Shown: positions 33,970 to 39,402 of the stretch, piece after piece
Layout of the letters: every line of letters begins with the position of its first letter
Numbering within the stretch: position 1 is the first letter of the stretch
Source: an uncultured Candidatus Saccharibacteria bacterium
GTDB taxonomy: Bacteria; Patescibacteriota; Minisyncoccia; Portnoybacterales; UBA2143
Direction of reading: 5' to 3'
Assembly (NCBI GenBank): GCA_964544485.1
Contig: CAZJBH010000002.1
Coordinates: 1-39,402 of the forward strand
Length of the DNA: 39,402 nt
Made by a program: the position numbers and the translations under genes
Notes under the pieces: model-generated
The model's database searches: none
Seen by the model: the letters and a program-made list of their open reading frames with translations, nothing else
What the model was told of the DNA's origin: nothing

Positions 33970-35554
33970 AATTTAGAGAGTATAGAATCGCTAAATTAGC
34001 GATGAAAAATAAAAGTACCTTGTCATTCAAGAGTACTATGTCAAATACACTATAACTTAAAATCCAAACTAAGGCAAGCAGGAAAAACCCGCTCCAAATT
34101 ACAAGAAAAGAGTTTTTTGGAGATTCTGATTCTTGATTAAAAATCAGCCAGGATCTTTTTAGTATTTTGTAGAAAATAATTAATAGAATAATTAAAGCAA
34201 AAATTCCCATTTCAGCGGCTATTTGTAGATATAAGCTATGAGCTGAAGATCCTTTTTCCGCATAATTTAAATCTTGTTTTAAAATGCTTGGATAATTGCC
34301 AATCCCCACTCCTAGCCAAGGATGAATTAAAATAGAATCAGCTGTTCTTTGCCAAATTTCTAATCTTCCTTTAATTGAGGCTTCATTAAAATCTATGATA
34401 GTTTTAGCCCTTTCAAAAGCAGAAGTTTTTTCGCTGATTGCTTGGCTGCCTAATTGAATATACTGGGGAGCGAATAAAATTCCAGAAGCAATTGGAAAAA
34501 GAATGAAAAATAAGATTAAGCTAAAAAAGACAAGCTGTATTTTTTTAGCGTATATTTTTTTATTCTTTGACTTAAAAAAGCAAGTAAACTTATTAATCGT
34601 TGGCGACCAGTTGGCTAATAACAAAAAAAGAAAAAAAATCAAAGTTGTTCCGGCTCCAACCCAAGCGCCGCGTGAACCAGAGAAAATTATAGCCAATAAG
34701 CAAGCAATCAATAAGATATAATTTATAATTCTTTTTGTATGTTTTTTTTCTAAATAAATTAAAGTTAAGAAAAAAGGCAGGGCTAGAATGCAAAAGAAAG
34801 CAAATGAATGCGAATCAGGAAAAATAGAAAAGATACGCAAAGTTGGCATTTGATAAGAATAATAAGAAAACCAGGTATTGCTGTAAGAAAGCAAATTACT
34901 TAAATCAATTCCATAAAAAAGGTTAATTATATGCCGGTCCCACCAATGCCAAAATTGATGAAGATTAGTAAAAAAAATTAATCCTAATTGTAAAAAACCT
35001 ATTCCTAAAACAATTCCAATTGCTGTTTTAAAAGCGCTAATTATTTTTTTTAAAAGAATCTGGTTTTGAAAAGCTAAGTTTCTGATAACTATAAAAATTA
35101 AGCAAGCATTGATTAAGAAGATTATTTGTTTAATTCCCAACCAAATATTTTCCGCTGTTAATAAAGAAATTATTGCTAAAATTAAAAATATGCCGAATAA
35201 ATATTCTATTTGAAAATGCTTAAATTTTTCTTTTAGCTTCCATTTATTTTGTTTTTTAATTAATTGGATGCTAATTCCTTGTTTAAAGAATAGAATTAAA
35301 AAAAGCGCAATTGATAAAATTCGCCAATTTGCCAAAGTATCTATATTCTGAGTAATTGGCAAAGCAATGAATAAAGGGATAGAAGCGATAAAAACCCAAA
35401 GAGAATCTTCTAAGGGTTCAAAAATGAAATAGAAAAGCAGAATTCCAGTAATGACTAAAGATAATTCGCGCGGGAGTAAGTTAAAGGCCATTAATCCAAT
35501 TGCTGCTATTTCTGTTAATAGGATAAGAATATTTTTTGCTTTTTGCTGTTTCAT
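33956..35554 (-). CDS. O-antigen ligase-like (Wzy_C family) polytopic membrane protein, second paralog
   Basis: 532 aa with more than 10 TM segments. It contains SGSRGAW and the loop HSLYLQIAAEMGIFALI, which matches the HNDYL..ETG block of the first paralog. Confidence 0.6.
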   Translation of the reverse strand: MKQQKAKNILILLTEIAAIGLMAFNLLPRELSLVITGILLFYFIFEPLEDSLWVFIASIPLFIALPITQNIDTLANWRILSIALFLILFFKQGISIQLIKKQNKWKLKEKFKHFQIEYLFGIFLILAIISLLTAENIWLGIKQIIFLINACLIFIVIRNLAFQNQILLKKIISAFKTAIGIVLGIGFLQLGLIFFTNLHQFWHWWDRHIINLFYGIDLSNLLSYSNTWFSYYSYQMPTLRIFSIFPDSHSFAFFCILALPFFLTLIYLEKKHTKRIINYILLIACLLAIIFSGSRGAWVGAGTTLIFFLFLLLANWSPTINKFTCFFKSKNKKIYAKKIQLVFFSLILFFILFPIASGILFAPQYIQLGSQAISEKTSAFERAKTIIDFNEASIKGRLEIWQRTADSILIHPWLGVGIGNYPSILKQDLNYAEKGSSAHSLYLQIAAEMGIFALIILLIIFYKILKRSWLIFNQESESPKNSFLVIWSGFFLLALVWILSYSVFDIVLLNDKVLLFFIANLAILYSLNYETN

Positions 35555-36705
35555 TAATATCCTTCTAATCTTTTTGATTTTTCGTGTTGACGCATTCTTT
35601 CTAAGGCTTTAGCTTCAATTTGCCTAATTCTTTCGCGAGTTACTCCAAATTCTTGCCCGACTTCTTCTAAAGTATGAGTGATCCCATCTTTTAATCCAAA
35701 ACGCATTGATAAGATTTTTTGTTCGCGAGGGGAAAGATCAATTAAAATTTCTTCTAATCTTTTGCGCAACAAGCGCTTGCCTGCTATCTGGCTGGGAGAT
35801 AAGCTTTTTTCGTCTTTAACAAATTCTCCAAGTAGGCTTTCTTCTTCGCTGTCTCCAACCGGAGTTTCTAGAGAAATAGTTTCTTGAGATATTTTTTGTA
35901 TTTGGCGGACTCTTTCAATTGGCTCCCCCATTTCAGCCGCTATTTCTTCAGCTAAAGGTTCTCTGCCTAAATTTTGCAATAAAGAGCGTCTGACTTGGGT
36001 ATATTTACTAATAGTTTCTACCATATGAACCGGAATTCTAATAGTTCTGGCTTGATCAGCTAAAGCTCTAGTAATCGCTTGTCTAATCCACCAAGTTGCA
36101 TAAGTGGAAAATTTATATCCTTTGGTATAATCAAATTTTTCTACTGCTTTAAAAAGTCCGATATTTCCTTCTTGAATTAAATCAAGCAAACTTAAACTTC
36201 GGCTTCGGCCAACATATTTTTTAGCAATACTAACAACTAATCTTAGATTAGCTTGAGTCAGCTTTTGTTTTGCTTCTTCATCTCCTTGAACAATTCTTTT
36301 GGCTAATTTTACTTCTTCTTGAGCGGTTAATAAAGGAACTTGGCCAATCTCTCTTAAATACATTTGAACACTATCAAATTGTTCTGGCTTAATCGCTTTT
36401 CCTTTATTCTTTTTATTTGATTTTTCATTAGATTCTAGAAATTCAATTGATTCTACAATATCTATATTGTTTTCTCTGATTTTTTCAAAAGCGTTTTCTA
36501 ATCCTTGGATATCATATTCTATCCTTGGAGAAAGCTGTAAAAGTTCTAATTCAGTTACAAACCCTCTTTCTCTCCCCCGGTTGATTAATTGATCTAATTT
36601 TTCTTGATCAATCAAGTCTTTTTTTGATTTTCTAGCTGCTCTGATTTGTTTTTTAACCGGCTTTTTTTTAGTTGAAGCTTGAATGGATCTTTTTTTTCTT
36701 GGCAT
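35554..36705 (-). CDS. rpoD: primary RNA polymerase sigma factor (sigma-70 family)
   Basis: Region 2 ([16 protein letters not shown]), region 3 and region 4 ([20 protein letters not shown]) are all present. Confidence 0.92.
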   Translation of the reverse strand: MPRKKRSIQASTKKKPVKKQIRAARKSKKDLIDQEKLDQLINRGRERGFVTELELLQLSPRIEYDIQGLENAFEKIRENNIDIVESIEFLESNEKSNKKNKGKAIKPEQFDSVQMYLREIGQVPLLTAQEEVKLAKRIVQGDEEAKQKLTQANLRLVVSIAKKYVGRSRSLSLLDLIQEGNIGLFKAVEKFDYTKGYKFSTYATWWIRQAITRALADQARTIRIPVHMVETISKYTQVRRSLLQNLGREPLAEEIAAEMGEPIERVRQIQKISQETISLETPVGDSEEESLLGEFVKDEKSLSPSQIAGKRLLRKRLEEILIDLSPREQKILSMRFGLKDGITHTLEEVGQEFGVTRERIRQIEAKALERMRQHEKSKRLEGY

Positions 36706-36706
36706 A

Positions 36707-38470
36707 TTATATTTGCTTTAATAAGTTATTAAAGTTTTTAGTTAGTTTTTCTAATAAATTTTTATTATTCTCTTGTTCAGCTTGTTTAATTTGTTGATTT
36801 AATTCTTGAAGTTTGGTTTGCAGATATTTCTTTTTTAATTGATTCAGGCAAAAATTGATTTCTGTTTTAGGTTCAAAATCTTCAGTTAGCTCTTGCTGCG
36901 CTTCAGCTTTAAAACTTAAATCATCTATTTGATCTTGGTATTTTTTTGATATTTGTTTTTTTATTTCTTCAACTGATTTATTTTGTTTAAGCTTTTTATA
37001 AATTGTCTGCAAATCAGTATTTGAAAAAATATCGCAAGAATGATTTTTGCATTCTTTGATTTGTTTGGGATGAGTTAGTAAAAGCCCAAGCGCGTATTCT
37101 TCTAAAGGAATATATTTTTTAGGCTGAATTGGATTTGATTCTTTTTTTTGATAAAAATCATTATTTATCCTAATTTTATCCAGTTCTTGTCTTAAAGCGG
37201 ATTCAGAGATTTGCGCTTGAACGCTTAATTTCTCAAGCCAATGCGATTGTTCTACTTGATTAGTAATCCGTTTGATTATCGGCAAAATTTGATTAGCAAT
37301 CTTTTTTTTGCCTTCAGCTGTTTGATTGCCAAAGTTGCGCAAAGCTGTTTGAATATGGTAATCAAGAATATGCTCAGCTGATTTAATCGCTTTTTCCCAA
37401 TTATCTTTATTTTCCAAAATTACATCAGCTGGATCTTGTTTTTCCGGCAATTCAATTACTTGAGTATTAAATCCGTATCCTAAAGCTAGATCAATCGCTC
37501 TTTTAGTAGCGTTTTCTCCCCCTGCATCCATGTCAAAAGCCATAGCTAAATTATCAGTATATCGTTTAATGATTTTCATTTGCTGTTCAGATAAAGCAGT
37601 TCCTGAACTGGCAACTGCATAATCAAATTTATTCTGATGAGACATAATGACATCCATTTGTCCTTCTACTAAAATGCATAAATTGTTTTTTCTAATTCCT
37701 AGCTTGGCTTTGTCTAAACCGTAAATAATTTTGCTTTTGTCGTAAATTAAAGTATTTGGCGTATTGATATATTTGCCCATATTTTCATTCGGATGATTTG
37801 GATTTTCTCTTCCGGTAAAACCAACAATTTGGTTGTTAATATCAGTAATCGGAAACATAATTCGATTTCTAAACCGGTCATAATATGGATTATTTGAATT
37901 TGCTTTTTCGCTTTTAATAGCTAATCCGGCTTTAGCTATTTCCGAATCAGGATATCCGCGTCCATTTAAAAAATCTTTTAAGCAATGCCAATCATTAGGC
38001 GCGTATCCAATTTTCCATTCTTGAATAGTTTGTTTTTTTAAGCCGCGCGAAATTAAATATTTTTGCATTTGTTGACCAGTTTTGCTAGCTTCTAATTGTT
38101 TATTAAAAAACTGATTAGCTAATTCGCAAATTTGATAGAGTCTATTTCTTTCGGTGCTTAGCTGTTTAGCTAAAATCGGATCTGTTTTTTGTAATTCTAC
38201 ACCGGCTCGTTGAGCTAGTATTTTTAAAGCATCGCCGAATTCAATTCCTTCAATTTCCATAACAAAGTCAAAAATACTTCCTCCCTTATTGCATCCAAAA
38301 CAACGCCATAACTGGCGTTCTGGAGAAACCATAAAAGAAGGGCTTGATTCAGCATGAAAAGGACAGGGCGCTTTGTAATTGCGTCCTGCTTTTTGGAGTT
38401 TAATATATCCGGAAATTAAATCTACAATATCTATTCTGTTTTTAATTTCTTCAATTTCATTACCTGGCAT
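36707..38470 (-). CDS. dnaG: DNA primase
   Basis: Zinc ribbon [25 protein letters not shown] and TOPRIM ([15 protein letters not shown]). It lies directly upstream of rpoD with a 1-nt spacer. Confidence 0.92.
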   Translation of the reverse strand: MPGNEIEEIKNRIDIVDLISGYIKLQKAGRNYKAPCPFHAESSPSFMVSPERQLWRCFGCNKGGSIFDFVMEIEGIEFGDALKILAQRAGVELQKTDPILAKQLSTERNRLYQICELANQFFNKQLEASKTGQQMQKYLISRGLKKQTIQEWKIGYAPNDWHCLKDFLNGRGYPDSEIAKAGLAIKSEKANSNNPYYDRFRNRIMFPITDINNQIVGFTGRENPNHPNENMGKYINTPNTLIYDKSKIIYGLDKAKLGIRKNNLCILVEGQMDVIMSHQNKFDYAVASSGTALSEQQMKIIKRYTDNLAMAFDMDAGGENATKRAIDLALGYGFNTQVIELPEKQDPADVILENKDNWEKAIKSAEHILDYHIQTALRNFGNQTAEGKKKIANQILPIIKRITNQVEQSHWLEKLSVQAQISESALRQELDKIRINNDFYQKKESNPIQPKKYIPLEEYALGLLLTHPKQIKECKNHSCDIFSNTDLQTIYKKLKQNKSVEEIKKQISKKYQDQIDDLSFKAEAQQELTEDFEPKTEINFCLNQLKKKYLQTKLQELNQQIKQAEQENNKNLLEKLTKNFNNLLKQI

Positions 38471-38472
38471 AA

Positions 38473-38979
38473 TTATTTTTTAAACTTAACTAAATTTTTC
38501 TTTTTTCCGTTTAGAATTTTATCAACCATTTCAATCTCTTTTCTAATTCCTTCAATCAAATTATATTTTTTGAGTTGATTAATTTTAACCCAAGCATGGT
38601 TAATCGTGTCTGAATCGTATTTAATTTTACCTGATTTATATGGACAATACCAGCTTAAAACAATACAAGGAATTCCGTCTGATCGGATAAAAACCATATC
38701 TAATAGATATTCTATTTTACCAACTTTTAAATTAACTTCTTCTAAAATTTCTCGATGCAATGATTTTTCTATAGCAAAATACCAATGATCTTGAGTTGTT
38801 TTAGGAGTGTGGATATAGTCATCAGTCTCTAATCCTCCGCCTGGCACAGTCCATAAGCCAGGAAAAGCTTTTTTCTCAAAGCTGCGTTGAGTAATTAAAT
38901 ATTTATACTCATCTTTTTCTTTTTTATAAATAATTGCCGTAGAAGCAATCCGATGCAATTCTTTATGTTTTAATTTCAT
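38473..38979 (-). CDS. NUDIX hydrolase
   Basis: The Nudix box is split by an insert: PGGGLETDD...REILEEVNL. 168 aa. Confidence 0.7.
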   Translation of the reverse strand: MKLKHKELHRIASTAIIYKKEKDEYKYLITQRSFEKKAFPGLWTVPGGGLETDDYIHTPKTTQDHWYFAIEKSLHREILEEVNLKVGKIEYLLDMVFIRSDGIPCIVLSWYCPYKSGKIKYDSDTINHAWVKINQLKKYNLIEGIRKEIEMVDKILNGKKKNLVKFKK

Positions 38980-38986
38980 AAATTTA

Positions 38987-39015
38987 TTGACAAGAATTAA
39001 ATATTTTGTTAGTTT
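38987..39015 (+). promoter_or_regulatory. candidate promoter for the downstream structured RNA (TTGACA-N17-TAGTTT)
   Basis: TTGACA at 38987-38992, a 17-nt spacer, then a weak -10 TAGTTT at 39010-39015. Confidence 0.35.
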
Positions 39016-39021
39016 TTAATT

Positions 39022-39332
39022 ACATTGTTCTTTGCCGCTAGGGATCTTTGAAGAATTAAGGGAGACTGTTTAATTGTGCAGATAAGTACCGAGTGGGGAA
39101 AAGTTCGAGCTTAAACAGAACGAATTTGAGAAGGTGTCTTTGTTGGTTCACGAAAAAGCTAATAGGAGTCGCACACTCCTTGTGCAATAGTTTTTCTGTA
39201 GAGCTAACTTACTTGTCCATCCAAGGAAATATCCTTCTCGTTGATCGGAATTCGGTACCTTAATTTCTCTAGCGGCTTCGCTAAACCAAGACCGAAAAGC
39301 ATAATGCTGAGTAGGTCTTTTTTATTTTTTCA
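39022..39332 (+). ncRNA. unclassified structured RNA (~245-nt core closed by an 11-bp terminal helix, plus intrinsic terminator)
   Basis: There is no ORF. GC is about 42% in line 39061-39120 against about 25-30% background. Long-range helix GCCGCTAGGGA (39034-39044) / TCTCTAGCGGC (39266-39276). Nested helix GTACCGA (39086-39092) / TCGGTAC (39252-39258). Hairpins at 39054-39075 and 39164-39180. Terminator AAGACC (39288-39293) / GGTCTT (39314-39319) followed by a T-run. The strand is assigned from the promoter and T-run. Confidence 0.5.
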
Positions 39333-39376
39333 GATATTTTTAGAATGAATTTATAAGAACTTTTATTTTTAAAAAT

Positions 39377-39402
39377 TGGCGGAGAGGGAGGGATTCGAAC
39401 CC
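39377..39402 (-). tRNA. 3' fragment of a tRNA (T-arm, acceptor, G73, encoded CCA); probably tRNA-Ser
   Basis: The reverse complement reads GGGTTCGAATCCCTC-CCTCTCC-G-CCA, i.e. T-loop TTCGAAT, acceptor 3' strand CCTCTCC, discriminator G. The anticodon lies outside the window, so the identity is a guess. Confidence 0.6.

Noticed and set aside
39095-39127. RNase P RNA (rnpB) assignment for the structured RNA
   Set aside because: GGGGAAAAGTTCGAGC and ACAGAACGAATTT resemble CR-I and CR-V, but they are adjacent and form a local hairpin instead of flanking a specificity domain of about 250 nt.

Neither they nor the alternative pair (GATAAGTACCGAG / CGGAATTCGGTACCTTA) fits the universal GNAANNUCNGNG pattern. 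I also found no GGUAAG...GUGAAA or GUAAGAGC-like blocks.

I kept it as an unclassified ncRNA. cmscan would decide.
1-39402. Alternative genetic code (UGA recoding, as in some CPR lineages)
   Set aside because: All conserved proteins are full length under code 11. TGA is also used as a genuine stop, for example the mraY stop at 20178-20180 overlapping the ftsW start, and the ATGA overlap at 12105-12108.

Overview
This is an AT-rich, gene-dense bacterial window. My hand counts of ordinary 60-nt lines give about 23-33% GC. Many genes overlap or are separated by only 1-10 nt. I saw no rRNA, CRISPR array or transposase.

Gene content is mostly housekeeping:
- cysS (partial) and corA
- grpE-hsp20-dnaK, with dnaJ separated from dnaK by about 9 kb
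- tRNA-Lys followed by a HEPN/MNT toxin-antitoxin pair
- aspS, a truncated DD-carboxypeptidase, mraY-ftsW-murG and gltX
- a coiled-coil/C39-like hydrolase candidate and a CofE-like protein
- a Xer-type tyrosine recombinase with a Cas4-like Fe-S nuclease
- rpmA, rplI, acyP, ctp
- two envelope-glycan gene sets (GT4, GT2, DUF4012, LCP, Wzz-like, and two O-antigen-ligase-like proteins)
- rpoD, dnaG and a NUDIX hydrolase

The monoderm-type DnaK, a domain-reduced AspRS, DUF4012/LCP and tight gene packing suggest a small-genome Candidate Phyla Radiation (Patescibacteria)-like organism. That placement is inference only.

The items most worth a second look are:
1. A compositionally foreign cassette at about 5.0-6.2 kb. 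It holds a 43-55% GC gene for a secreted Cys-rich FN3-like protein. On one side is an array of AGGAC/GTCCT inverted repeats, and on the other a palindrome carrying two back-to-back -35 boxes.
2. An unclassified GC-enriched structured RNA of about 245-300 nt with its own promoter and terminator (39.0-39.3 kb).
3. A xer / Cas4-like nuclease / Ada-like membrane-protein module with a dif-like sequence just upstream, sitting where gene orientation flips (26.2-29.1 kb).
4. The dnaK-dnaJ pair being split by a 9-kb glycan locus that contains a radical SAM enzyme.

All protein calls rest on motif recognition by eye. No database search was run.
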